A DNA stretch of 64,000 nucleotides. Origin: Eledone cirrhosa (lineage: Eukaryota). The position numbers and the translations under genes were made by a program. The stretch spans positions 411,928,001-411,992,000 of the forward strand of contig OZ024741.1 of the NCBI GenBank assembly GCA_964016885.1, read 5' to 3'. Below are positions 11,388-24,400 of this stretch, one piece after another. The notes under the pieces were generated by a model. That model was given only the letters and a program-made list of their open reading frames with translations. It was not told the origin of the DNA and searched no databases. Each line of letters opens with the position of its first letter. Position 1 is the stretch's first letter.

Positions 11388-11817
11388 GTGTTGGTGGCAT
11401 GATAAAATACACCCAGTACACTCTGTAAAGTGGTAGTGCTGGTGCTACAATAAAATACACCCAGTACACTCTGTAAAGTGGTAGTGGTGGTGTCATGATA
11501 AAATACACCCAGTCCACTCTGTAAAGTGGTAGTGCTGGTGTCATGATATAATACACCTAGTACACTCTGTAAAGTGGTAGTGTGGGTTTCACATAAAATA
11601 CACCCAGTACACTCTGTAAAGTGGCAGTGCTGGTTCCACAATAAAATACACCCAGTCCACTCTATAAAGTGGTAGTGTTGGTGTCATGATAAAATACACC
11701 CAATCCACTCTGTAAAGTGGTAGTGTTAGTGCCATGATATAATACACCCACTACACTCTGTAAAGTGGTAGTGTTGGTTCCACAATCAAATATACCCAGT
11801 ACACTCTGTAAAGTGGC
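11388..11817 (+). repeat. 48-bp minisatellite, about 9 copies, derived from an RTE 3' UTR motif
   Basis: Unit AAAATACACCCAGTACACTCTGTAAAGTGGTAGTGCTGGTGTCATGAT (starts at 11404 and 11452). Resembles AAAAGCACCCAGCCCACACTGTAAAGTGG at 30831-30859. Confidence 0.9.
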
Positions 11818-11887
11818 ACCATCTAATCTTTCTTCTAGTTTTGAGTTTATTGTCCATGCTCAGCAAACCATACAATGAGGTTCTATT

Positions 11888-12101
11888 ATCCCTTTAGCAT
11901 TTAAACCGGCTATATCCAGCTAGAATTCTCTCACCTCTTTCTGTTCAAACTGGCAGTAACCGGCTGCTCATACTTATGTTAAGTTATAGTTCTCAAAATA
12001 AATAATATCAAAATCTTATAGATTTGATATTATGTGAAATAAAGTATTTACCATGAAAATACAATAGTAAATATAGGGTAATGTAAATGCTAACGGGTTA
12101 A
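11888..12101. mobile_element. piggyBac-type MITE
   Basis: TTAT|CCCTTTAGCATTTA ... TAAATGCTAACGGG|TTAA gives imperfect TIRs with TTAA-like flanks. Confidence 0.65.
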
Positions 12102-12289
12102 ATTAAAATCTTTCAACATAATTTTATATAAGAACAATTTGTTAAGTAAATATCTTAGTAATGAAATAATTAATACTTTTAGTAAACCATAGAAAATTCT
12201 TAATTAATCAAAAGAAATAGATTGTATTTTGTTTGAAATATTGTCAGGGTTAAGATAGCAATATGTGTTATTCTAGCGAAATAAGTGCT

Positions 12290-13015
12290 GCATGATAGGA
12301 ATAAAAATCAGTGATAGAAAAACGGCAGTTGTCCTCTCAAGGAAGCCTGCACTGTGCCCTGTACATGTGAATGGAGATCCACTGAAGCAGGTGGAGAAGT
12401 TCAAGTATCTCAGGGCCGTGTTCTCGAGTGATGGAAGGCAGGAGGCTAAATTAAGTGCAAGAATTACAGGAGCTGGTGCAGCAATGTGCCAGCTTCAACA
12501 TTCGGTAATCAGAAGAAGGGAGGTAGTTTTAAAAGCCAAACTCACTATCTTCAATTTGGTATTCATGCCAACCCTTATATGGTCCTGAATCTTGGGTAAT
12601 GACTGAAAGAATACGATCGTGAATACAAGTGGTCGAAATGGGGTTCCTCCGAAGGATCTTTGGAGTAACATTACTCGATAAAGTGTGTAACTGGAAGATC
12701 AGAGAGTCACTCCAGGCAGAGCCACTACTTCCCTGAATTAAGAGATCACAGCTCCGATACTATAGACATGGGGTTAGAATGTCTCAGGAAAGAATCACTG
12801 GATAGATTTTACAGGCAAAACGAACTGGCAGGAGACCCAGGGGTAGATCACGAGCAAGATGGTTGGATAACATCCATGAGCTTGGCTGGTCTCACTTGGG
12901 GATCCAGCCGGATCAGTTGGAGACGCTGGCTTCTGACAGGACCTGCTGGAAGGAGTGTTTGCAGACTCTTCCCCTACAACCCTCTCAGAAATAAGTGGGC
13001 CAAGAAGAAGATGAA
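12290..13015 (+). mobile_element. 3' fragment of a second RTE family (no PHD insert)
   Basis: QVEKFKYL..VFSSDG, KAKLTIF..VFMPTL and downstream RPRGR..RW motifs, with a GAAGAAGATGAAG tail. A related minus-strand copy lies at 32835-33250. Confidence 0.85.
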
Positions 13016-13327
13016 GTATTTTAGAATAGAACACTCACACAAAACCATTTTTTTCTCATGTCACATTCTCTTAACCTGTTTAGCCCGTTTAACTTTGATA
13101 AAGAAATAACTGGTTGTGGGATTAAGACCAGTGCAATTTCTCTATCAAACAATCAAATATTGTTCTAGTTAGATATTTATATATGTATTTATATCATCAT
13201 CATCATCGTCATCAGCGGTTTAAAGGCTGCTTTCTCTGGGTTCAACTCTCTAAATATACATATATGTATAAATATATGATCATCATCACTGTTTAATACC
13301 ATATATATACACATATATATATATGTA

Positions 13328-14680
13328 TCATCATCATCGTTTAATGTCCATTTTCCATGCTAGCATAGGTTAGACGGTTTCCCCATTATGAGACAACAAC
13401 GTCAGAGGACCGTGTTTTGCTCACACAGAACTAATTTTAGCTTGGTTTCTAATGCCAACCACTTTACAGTGTGGACTGGGTGCTTATTGCTGTGGCTCCA
13501 GGATGACTACTTTATGGTGTGGATCGAGGGCTTGGGTGGGGGAGATGCATGGGGAATTGGAGAGGTAGATATAGGTGTGGGGTGATTACAGTGAGGGAGG
13601 GTTATGGGAGTTAAGGTGGTGCATACTAGATGTATGCCTCAGCTCCTGAATATGGGAGGGTGGGTCTTCTGTATTACTGCACAATGCCACAAACCACGGT
13701 CCTGTATCATTATCTTAGCAAGGTGCAATTGAGTAAGGTCGGCTTTTATGACCTCATCCCAGTTCTTCCTGGGTCTCTCCACTCTAAGGCTTCCATCAAT
13801 TTTGAGCACTCTACACCTTTTTATGCAGCTGTCATTCTACATACACATCACATGTCTATACCAACACAATCTCTTCTCCTGCACACAGCACTTAATTCCT
13901 CTTATGCCTAGTTTCTCTCTCAGTTCATTTATGCTTTGTCGTTTGTGTATATTACTATTGCACATCCATAGAAGCATGGAGGCTTCATTTCTTTCCAATC
14001 TTCACTGGTCCTCTGTAAACAGTGCCCAGGTCTTTCTACCATGCAACATTGTTATTCATATACATGCATCATGCAGTCTGCCTTTCATTTTGAGGGAAAA
14101 ACCTCTTGTAGTTAGCAGTGATAGTAGCTCCCTGAACTTTCTCCCGCCTATTCTCTCTCTGGCTACTGTGCTTTTGGAACACCCTCCTCTACAGCTAATT
14201 TGGCCACCCAGATAACAGAAGCTATCTACCATTTCTATAGAGCCCTCTGGGCATTTGAAGGTGATTGTATCCTGAGGGTTGTTGCTACTTATTGCTCCTG
14301 TGCACTGGCCATGTATAAAACCTACGTTCTTTGTTAGCCTGCCAGGGATCCCACTACATCTCTTGTATACCCATATTTTGCATTTGGAACATAGGATGGA
14401 ATTTCTACCTACTCCTTTTCTGCACACTGAGCAAGGCCATTTCCCTGAGGGGATGTGGGCCCTGTTTTCCTTTCTACTTATTAGAACTTTAGTCTTTGTC
14501 AAGTTGACTTTAAGACCTTTTGATTCTAGGTCATGCTTCCAGGTTTGGAATTTCATCTCTAATTCGGCTATAAGGGTTAGGTCATCTACATACAGGAGTT
14601 CCCATAGGAAGCCAATCTTAAACTTCTCTCTTATTTCCTGCAAGATGATAATAAATAGAGAGGGCTAAGAGAACTGAGCT
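13328..14680 (-). mobile_element. 5'-truncated RTE LINE in the DEGS intron
   Basis: WELLYVDDL, SGKWPCSVCRKGVGRNS and VDSFCYLG motifs, with (CAT)n at 13328. Confidence 0.9.
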
Positions 14681-14850
14681 CCGGCTGTTTTTGACAGCTA
14701 GATCCGAATTCAGTTCGGATCTAGCTGTCGAAACGGCCGGAGCTCAGCCGTCGGGGTCCTGAATCTTTTCCTATTACCCACTCTACTACCCTAAGTATCA
14801 AGTACTCTGATGGTTTATGGTCTACCTGGTTCCTTACCACACCCTCTTTG
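14674..14850 (+). mobile_element. Palindromic pLTR-like fragment with the 3' half of a hammerhead
   Basis: Hairpin 14674-14748 followed by GAAAC-GGC..GCC-GTC-GGGGTCCT. Same family as 7765-7890 and 58610-58815. Confidence 0.65.
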
Positions 14851-15424
14851 TTATCTCTCTCTCTATATATATGTGTGTGTGTATGTGTGTATGTGTGTGT
14901 GTATGAGTATGTGTATTTATGTAAATGTCTGAGCATATGTGTGTGTATATATATATGTGTGAATATATATATGTTATTATATGTGTGGGTTTTTCTTATT
15001 ACGGGTGTAAGGAGGAACTATTTCAAAGAAGTACTTTGTACTCTATATTAGAGTATATATATTTATATATAAGTACTCAGTACTCTATAGTAATAATATA
15101 ATAGACCTCCTTTGATCACAAATGACCATGGAATTTACACCTTGAAAGTTCACCCAGAGGCACAAGTCCAGGCCAGGTTGTTTGTGGAAGACCAGCAGTC
15201 ACCCATACATACCAACTCTTCTCTCCACACCACTGATACAACTTGGCACCAGTGATGTCACAACATACACTATATATACACCTTATACTCTATATACACT
15301 ATATATACACTATACTCTCTCTATACACTATATATGTTGTCCAAGGGAAAAGCAATGACTGATACAGCTTGGTACCAGTGATGTCACAACATACACTATA
15401 CAGCTGAGGGAACTGGAGCAACAT

Positions 15425-15645
15425 CCCCAACAACAACAACAAAACCAACACCACCACCAACAACACCACCGCCACCACCACCACCACCACCACCACCAAC
15501 AACAACACCAACACCACCACTACCACCACCACCACCACCAACAACAACACCACCAACAACACCACCACAACCAATTCCACCACCACCACCACCACCACCA
15601 CCACCAACAACAACCGCACCACCACCAACAACAACATCAACAACA
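15425..15645. repeat. (CAC/CAA)n trinucleotide tract
   Basis: Read directly. Confidence 0.95.
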
Positions 15646-15674
15646 GGGGTAAAATCTTGACATATATAACTTAC

Positions 15675-16138
15675 TTGTGATGGTCTGCATGGTATTTCCT
15701 GTATGAAAGGGCCATAGGCACCCCTAAAGGAAAGTTACAGAATATACTCAATAGTCTGTTAGCTATGGGCCGACGATGACCAAAGGCTAGGTTATGGCCA
15801 ATTTCATGAATAGCACTTCCGAGTGAATGGTTAAGGACTCCACCAAAGATGTAGGCCACAATAAAGATAGTCAACCAAGAAGCATCTCTTAAATGCCATC
15901 CGGCCAAAAGTTGGACAAAAACTTCAGTGGCCACAATAAAAGTAATGTTAGGGTTATACCCCATCAGTTTCTTTATTTCAGGGTATTTACGTAGAATTGC
16001 TTTCCGTCGGGAACAGTGAGGTTCTTCATTATATATCCATTCGTCCTCACTTGAACTAATTTTGAAGCTAAGGTTGAAAAATCTTCTAAACAAGTCTGTA
16101 GCTGCATAGGTTTCTTTCTCACCCCCAACAGCCATCAT
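15675..16138 (-). CDS. DEGS1: Sphingolipid delta(4)-desaturase, first visible coding exon
   Basis: EWIYNEEPHCSRRKAILRKYPEIKKLMG (DES N-terminal domain) plus His boxes HEIGH and HADHH. Donor AA|GTAAGT at 15674. Acceptor TTTCTTTACTTTTCAG ends at 16144 and ATG ATG begins at 16138. 464+577 nt = 347 codons including the stop. Confidence 0.92.
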
Positions 16139-16227
16139 TAAACCTGAAAAGTAAAGAAAATACTTAATTTTTAACCCTTTCCTTAATAAATTATAATGTA
16201 CGAAACTGTCTCTGTTGTTTAACCGAC

Positions 16228-17245
16228 TTGGTAGACATCCACAATTATTAACCATCTTTCCAACAACAACCTTGAGCACCTTTTATGAAATCCATGTGTC
16301 TAACACCCGTGGACATACCTACAAAATCAGTAAACAGTACTGTTCCCATGACTTTCGGAAACATTTTTTCATGCTCAGAGTTGCTGAAGCATGGAACAAA
16401 CTACCTGCATCAGTTGTTAGCTGTCGAGACACTGCATCCTTTAAAACCTCCATAGAACAAACTACCTGCATCAGTTGTTAGCTGTCGAGACACTGCATCC
16501 TTTAAAACCTCCATGGAACAAACTACCTGCATCCGTTGTTAGCTGTTGGGACACAGCATCCTTTAAAACCTCCATGGAAGAAACTACCTGCATCAGTTGT
16601 TAGCTGTCGAGACACTGCATCCCTTTAAAACCTCCATGGAACAAACTACCTGCATCAGTTGTTAGCTGTCGAGACACTGCATCCTTTAAAACCTCCACGG
16701 AACAAACTACCTGCATCAGTTGTTAGCTGTCGAGACACAGCATCCCTTAAAACCTCCATGGAACAAACTACCTGCATCAGTTGTTAGCTGTCGGGACACT
16801 TCATCCTTTAAAACCTCCATGGAACAAACTCCCTGCATCAGTTGTTAGCTGTCGAGACACTGCATCCTTTAAAACTTCCATGGAACAAACTCCCTGCATC
16901 AGTTGTTAGCTGTCGGGACACTTCATCCTTTAAAACCTCCATGGAACAAACTCCCTGCATCAGTTGTTAGCTGTCGGGACACTTCATCCTTTAAAACCTC
17001 CATGGAACAAACTACCTGCATCAGTTGTTAGCTGTCGAGACACTGCATCCTTTAAAACTTCCATGCTTCCTGAAATTCACCAACACTGCACCTGATATTC
17101 CCCCTCCGTACACGCACATGCATGTGTGTGTGTAAGTCTGTGTGTATATCATGACTCATACACTATTCACTTCCCTGACATTTGTACATTATTCTATGTA
17201 CTATACATGCCCCATTGATGAGTTATAGTGCACCTCAGTACTGTA
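16228..17245 (+). mobile_element. 3' end of a CR1/L2-type LINE interrupted by its own tandem amplification
   Basis: NTRGHTYKI..DFRKHFF.LRVAEAWNKLP.SVVS....SFK is the typical ORF2 C-terminus. The end point is approximate. Confidence 0.8.
16390..17065 (+). repeat. 61-bp minisatellite, about 11 copies
   Basis: Unit ATGGAACAAACTACCTGCATCAGTTGTTAGCTGTCGAGACACTGCATCCTTTAAAACCTCC, starting at 16391, 16452 and onward. Confidence 0.95.
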
Positions 17246-17249
17246 CCTG

Positions 17250-18400
17250 ATTAACTTTTTCAAATTTCATTTGAAAAGGAAAATCAGGGTGTAGAGGGAA
17301 GTGCTCTCTTCCCAGCAATTTGTTGAAAGATGGGTGAGAGAGGCAAGCATGGCTAGAGTGAATGTGCCTGCTCTGAGTATGTGCCTGTAAATTGGAGATG
17401 GAAAACTGGGAGGAGGCACTTGGCCTGGTGGTCAGGGTCACCATGACTTTTTTAATGGGCTTTCTCCACACAAGTGTCCCTCAGAAGTCTCCCTCCTATT
17501 GTCCCTGTGCTATCCTTAATGTTATACTTTATGTCAACCCTTGTGGTTAATAAAGAAAGCATTTATTATCCCACAGCTCATCTCTTTGACTGAGCTGCAG
17601 CCCTGGGTCAAGAAGAGACCGAGACTGGGTTACTGGCATCTGGAATGTTGCCAGACACTCACTGCCTTCTACCAGGCAAGCAATGCGGTCAGTGGAACTT
17701 CCACTCTCGAGTTCTATAGAGGTTTAGTGGTAGGCAAGTGCGTCGACGAAGTCGAACTAACCAGTCTGTTCCAGAGGACTTTCGAGCCGGGGACGATGGA
17801 TAATTTCCAAAAATCCCTCGCTTGGCAGTGTTACCGGGGGGCACTGCCAGTTCGAGATAAACTCTACAGGCATGGAAGTGCTGTCAGACGGACCTGACAG
17901 AGATGCGTGCAGTGTGACGAAACCATTCTGCATGCACTTGTCCAGTGTCTGTGCATTACTGACTTGTAGAGTTATGTCGAACAGCTGTTGTCATGTGTAG
18001 AACAGACTCAGGTATCGGCCAAGTCCATAGTGAAGATCGACCTGCTACCTTCTTTTGGCCAGGAAGGGCAGGCAATTTTCCTCTGTCTGGTGGCAGTAGC
18101 GAAAGAGGTTATATGGTGGACCAGGTTCCAAGGACTGAAGACATACACTTTTCTCTTCGGCCAATCCCTCATCATCTTTTTCAAGTTTCATTTAGAAAGG
18201 AAGGTGAGGGTGGAGAGAGAAGTGCAGCCCTCCAGTACATTTCCTGAAAGGTGGGTGAATGTGGCAAGAATGGCCCGTGTGAGTGGGCCTATGCTGATCA
18301 TGATCCTGTAGGTGGGTGAATTTGAGGAGGAAAGGGGGGCCCTTCCGGAGTGCTCTCAAAGCATCAGGTCGTTCAGGATTGGTGGTGTACCTGAGTCAAC
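17250..18400 (+). mobile_element. Two adjacent 3' fragments of Tx1/L1-clade LINEs
   Basis: LAWQCYRGALPVRDKL followed by a C..CDETILHALVQC zinc knuckle (zf-RVT type). 17253-17365 is a diverged copy of 18175-18290. Confidence 0.75.
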
Positions 18401-18401
18401 C

Positions 18402-21400
18402 CTGGACAATGGCCCATGCATGTAAGTGGGACGCAGGACAATGTCACATGTATGTGAGTGGGACACAGGACAATGTCACATGTATGTGAGTGGGACACAG
18501 GACAATGTCACATGTATGTGAGTGGGACACTGGACAATGTCACATGTATGTGAGTGGGACACAGTACAATGGCACATGTATGTAAGTTGACACAGGAAAA
18601 TGTCACATGTATGTGAGTGGGACACAGGACAATGTCACATGCATGTGAGTGGGACACAGTACAATGTCACATGTATGTGAGTGGGACACAGTACAATGGC
18701 ACATGTATGTGAGTGGGACACTGGACAATGTCACATGTATGTGAGTGGGACACTGGAAAATGTCACATGTATGTGAGTGGGACACAGTACAATGGCACAT
18801 GTATGTGAGTGGCACACAGGACAATGTCACATGTATGTGAGTGGGACACTGGAAAATGTCACATGTATGTGAGTGGGACACTGGAAAATGTCACATGTAT
18901 GTGAGTGGGACACTGGAAAATGTCACATGTATGTGAGTGGGACACAGGACAATGTCACATGTATGTGAGTGGGACACAGGACAATGTCACATGTATGTGA
19001 GTGGGACACTGGACAATGTCACATGTATGTGAGTGGGACACTGGACAATGTCACATGTATGTAAGTGGGACACTGGAAAATGTCACATGTATGTAAGTGG
19101 GACACAGGACAATGTCACATGTATGTAAGTGGGACACAGGACAATGTCACATGTATGTGAGTGGGACACTGGAAAATGTCACATGTATGTGAGTGCGACA
19201 CAGTACAATGTCACATGTATGTGAGTGGGACACAGGACAATGTCACATGTATGTGAGTGGGACACTGGACAATGTCACATGTATGTGAGTGGGACACTGG
19301 ACAATGTCACATGTATGTGAGTGGGACACTGGAAAATGTCACATGTATGTGAGTGCGACACAGTACAATGTCACATGTATGTGAGTGGGACACAGGACAA
19401 TGTCACATGTATGTGAGTGGGACACAGGACAATGGCACATGTATGTGAGTGGGACACAGGACAATGTCACATGTATGTGAGTGGGACACAGGACAATGGC
19501 ACATGTATGTGAGTGGGACACTGGAAAATGTCACATGTATGTGAGTGGGACACTGGACAATGGCACATGTATGTAAGTGGGACACAGGACAATGTCACAT
19601 GTATGTGAGTGGGACACAGGACAATGTCACATGTATGTGAGTGGGACACAGGCAATGTCACATGTATGTAAGTGGGACACAGGACAATGTCACATGTATG
19701 TGAGTGGGACACAGTACAATGGCACATGTATGTAAGTGGGACACAGGACAATGTCACATGTATGTGAGTGGGACACAGTACAATGGCACATGTATGTAAG
19801 TGGGACACAGGACAATGTCACATGTATGTGAGTGGGACACAGGAAAATGTCACATGTATGTGAGTGGGACACAGGACAATGGCACATGTATGTAAGTGGG
19901 ACACAGGACAATGTCACATGTATGTGAGTGGGACACAGGAAAATGTCACATGTATGTGAGTGGGACACAGGACAATGGCACATGTATGTGAGTGGGACAC
20001 TGGAACATGTCACATGTATGTGAGTGGGACACAGGACAATGGCACATGTATGTGAGTGGGACACAGGAAAATGTCACATGTATGTGAGTGGGACACAGGA
20101 CAATGGCACATGTATGTGAGTGGGACACAGGACAATGTCACATGAATGTGAGTGGGACACTGGAATATGTCACATGTATGTAAGTGGGACACAGGACAAT
20201 GTCACATGTATGTGAGTGGGACACAGTACAATGGAACATGTATGTGAGTGGGGCACTGGACAATGTCACATGTATGTGAGTGGGACACAGGACAATGGCA
20301 CATGTATGTAAGTGGGACACAGGACAATGGCACATGTATGTGAGTGGGGCACTGGACAATGGCACATGTATGTGAGTGGGACACTGGAAAATGTCACATG
20401 TATGTGAGTGGGACACTGGAAAATGTCACATGTATGTGAGTGGGACACAGGACAATGTCACATGTATGTGAGTGGGACACAGGACAATGTCACATGTATG
20501 TGAGTGGGACACTGGACAATGTCACATGTATGTGAGTGGGACACTGGACAATGTCACATGTATGTAAGTGGGACACTGGAAAATGTCACATGTATGTAAG
20601 TGGGACACAGGACAATGTCACATGTATGTAAGTGGGACACAGGACAATGTCACATGTATGTGAGTGGGACACTGGAAAATGTCACATGTATGTGAGTGCG
20701 ACACAGTACAATGTCACATGTATGTGAGTGGGACACAGGACAATGTCACATGTATGTGAGTGGGACACTGGACAATGTCACATGTATGTGAGTGGGACAC
20801 TGGACAATGTCACATGTATGTGAGTGGGACACTGGAAAATGTCACATGTATGTGAGTGCGACACAGTACAATGTCACATGTATGTGAGTGGGACACAGGA
20901 CAATGTCACATGTATGTGAGTGGGACACAGGACAATGGCACATGTATGTGAGTGGGACACAGGACAATGTCACATGTATGTGAGTGGGACACAGGACAAT
21001 GGCACATGTATGTGAGTGGGACACTGGAAAATGTCACATGTATGTGAGTGGGACACTGGACAATGGCACATGTATGTAAGTGGGACACAGGACAATGTCA
21101 CATGTATGTGAGTGGGACACAGGACAATGTCACATGTATGTGAGTGGGACACAGGCAATGTCACATGTATGTAAGTGGGACACAGGACAATGTCACATGT
21201 ATGTGAGTGGGACACAGTACAATGGCACATGTATGTAAGTGGGATACAGGACAATGTCACATGTATGTGAGTGGGACACAGGCAATGTCACATGTATGTA
21301 AGTGGGACACAGGACAATGTCACATGTATGTGAGTGGGACACAGTACAATGGCACATGTATGTAAGTGGGACACAGGACAATGTCACATGTATGTGAGTG

Positions 21401-24400
21401 GGACACAGTACAATGGCACATGTATGTAAGTGGGACACAGGACAATGTCACATGTATGTGAGTGGGACACAGGAAAATGTCACATGTATGTGAGTGGGAC
21501 ACAGGACAATGGCACATGTATGTAAGTGGGACACAGGACAATGTCACATGTATGTGAGTGGGACACAGGAAAATGTCACATGTATGTGAGTGGGACACAG
21601 GACAATGGCACATGTATGTGAGTGGGACACTGGAACATGTCACATGTATGTGAGTGGGACACAGGACAATGGCACATGTATGTGAGTGGGACACAGGAAA
21701 ATGTCACATGTATGTGAGTGGGACACAGGACAATGGCACATGTATGTGAGTGGGACACAGGACAATGTCACATGAATGTGAGTGGGACACTGGAATTTGT
21801 CACATGTATGTAAGTGGGACACAGGACAATGTCACATGTATGTGAGTGGGACACAGTACAATGGAACATGTATGTGAGTGGGGCACTGGACAATGTCACA
21901 TGTATGTGAGTGGGACACAGGACAATGGCACATGTATGTAAGTGGGACACAGGACAATGGCACATGTATGTGAGTGGGGCACTGGACAATGGCACATGTA
22001 TGTGAGTGGGACACTGGAAAATGTCACATGTATGTGAGTGGGACACTGGAAAATGTCACATGTATGTGAGTGGGACACAGGACAATGTCACATGTATGTG
22101 AGTGGGACACAGGACAATGTCACATGTATGTGAGTGGGACACTGGACAATGTCACATGTATGTGAGTGGGACACTGGACAATGTCACATGTATGTAAGTG
22201 GGACACTGGAAAATGTCACATGTATGTAAGTGGGACACAGGACAATGTCACATGTATGTAAGTGGGACACAGGACAATGTCACATGTATGTGAGTGGGAC
22301 ACTGGAAAATGTCACATGTATGTGAGTGCGACACAGTACAATGTCACATGTATGTGAGTGGGACACAGGACAATGTCACATGTATGTGAGTGGGACACTG
22401 GACAATGTCACATGTATGTGAGTGGGACACTGGACAATGTCACATGTATGTGAGTGGGACACTGGAAAATGTCACATGTATGTGAGTGCGACACAGTACA
22501 ATGTCACATGTATGTGAGTGGGACACAGGACAATGTCACATGTATGTGAGTGGGACACAGGACAATGGCACATGTATGTGAGTGGGACACAGGACAATGT
22601 CACATGTATGTGAGTGGGACACAGGACAATGGCACATGTATGTGAGTGGGACACTGGAAAATGTCACATGTATGTGAGTGGGACACTGGACAATGGCACA
22701 TGTATGTAAGTGGGACACAGGACAATGTCACATGTATGTGAGTGGGACACAGGACAATGTCACATGTATGTGAGTGGGACACAGGCAATGTCACATGTAT
22801 GTAAGTGGGACACAGGACAATGTCACATGTATGTGAGTGGGACACAGTACAATGGCACATGTATGTAAGTGGGACACAGGACAATGTCACATGTATGTGA
22901 GTGGGACACAGTACAATGGCACATGTATGTAAGTGGGACACAGGACAATGTCACATGTATGTGAGTGGGACACAGGAAAATGTCACATGTATGTGAGTGG
23001 GACACAGGACAATGGCACATGTATGTAAGTGGGACACAGGACAATGTCACATGTATGTGAGTGGGACACAGGAAAATGTCACATGTATGTGAGTGGGACA
23101 CAGGACAATGGCACATGTATGTGAGTGGGACACTGGAAAATGTCACATGTATGTGAGTGGGACACAGGACAATGGCACATGTATGTGAGTGGGACACAGG
23201 AAAATGTCACATGTATGTGAGTGGGACACAGGACAATGGCACATGTATGTGAGTGGGACACAGGACAATGTCACATGAATGTGAGTGGGACACTGGAATA
23301 TGTCACATGTATGTAAGTGGGACACAGGACAATGTCACATGTATGTGAGTGGGACACAGTACAATGGAACATGTATGTGAGTGGGGCACTGGACAATGTC
23401 ACATGTATGTGAGTGGGACACAGGACAATGGCACATGTATGTAAGTGGGACACAGGACAATGGCACATGTATGTGAGTGGGGCACTGGACAATGGCACAT
23501 GTATGTGAGTGGGACACAGGAAATGTCCCATGTATGTGAGTGGAACACAGGAAATGTCACATGTATGTGAGTGCGACACAGGACAATGGCACATGTATGT
23601 GAGTGGGACACAGGACAATGGCACATGTATGTGAGTGGGACACAGGACAATGGCATATGTATGTGAGTGGGACACAGGACAATGTCACATGTATGTAAGT
23701 GGGACACAGGACAATGGCACATGTATGTGAGTGGGACACAGGACAATGGCACATGTATGTGAGTGGGACACAGGACAATGGCACATGTATGTGAGTGCGA
23801 CAGTGGACAACGGCACATGTATGTGAGTGGGACACTAGACATTGTCACATGTATGTGAGTGGGACAGTGGACAATGGCACATGTATGTGAGTGGGACAGT
23901 GGACAACGGCACATGTATGTGAGTGGGACACTAGACATTGTCACATGTATGTGAATGGGACACAGTACAATGGCACATGTATGTAAGTGGGACACAGGAC
24001 AATGGCACATGTATGTGAGTGGGACAGTGGACAATGGCACATGTATGTGAGTGGGACACAAGACAATGGCACATGTATGTGAGTGGGACAGTGGACAATG
24101 GCACATGTATGTGAATGGGACACAGGACAATGGCACATGTATGTGAATGGGACACTAGACATTGCCACATGTATGTGAATGGGACACAGGACAATGGCAC
24201 ATGTATGTGAATGGGACACAGGACAATGGCACATGTATGTGAATGGGACACAGGACAATGGCACATGTATGTGAATGGGACACAGGACAATGGCACATGT
24301 ATGTGAGTGGGACACAAGACAATGGCACATGTATGTGAATGGGACACAGGACAATGGCACATGTATGTGAATGGGACACAGGACTATGGCACATGTATGT

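Noticed and set aside
16144-16279. N-terminal part of ORF 15671-16279 (MLKVVVGK...YFLYFS)
   Set aside because: It is intron read-through upstream of the polypyrimidine/AG acceptor and overlaps repeat-derived sequence.
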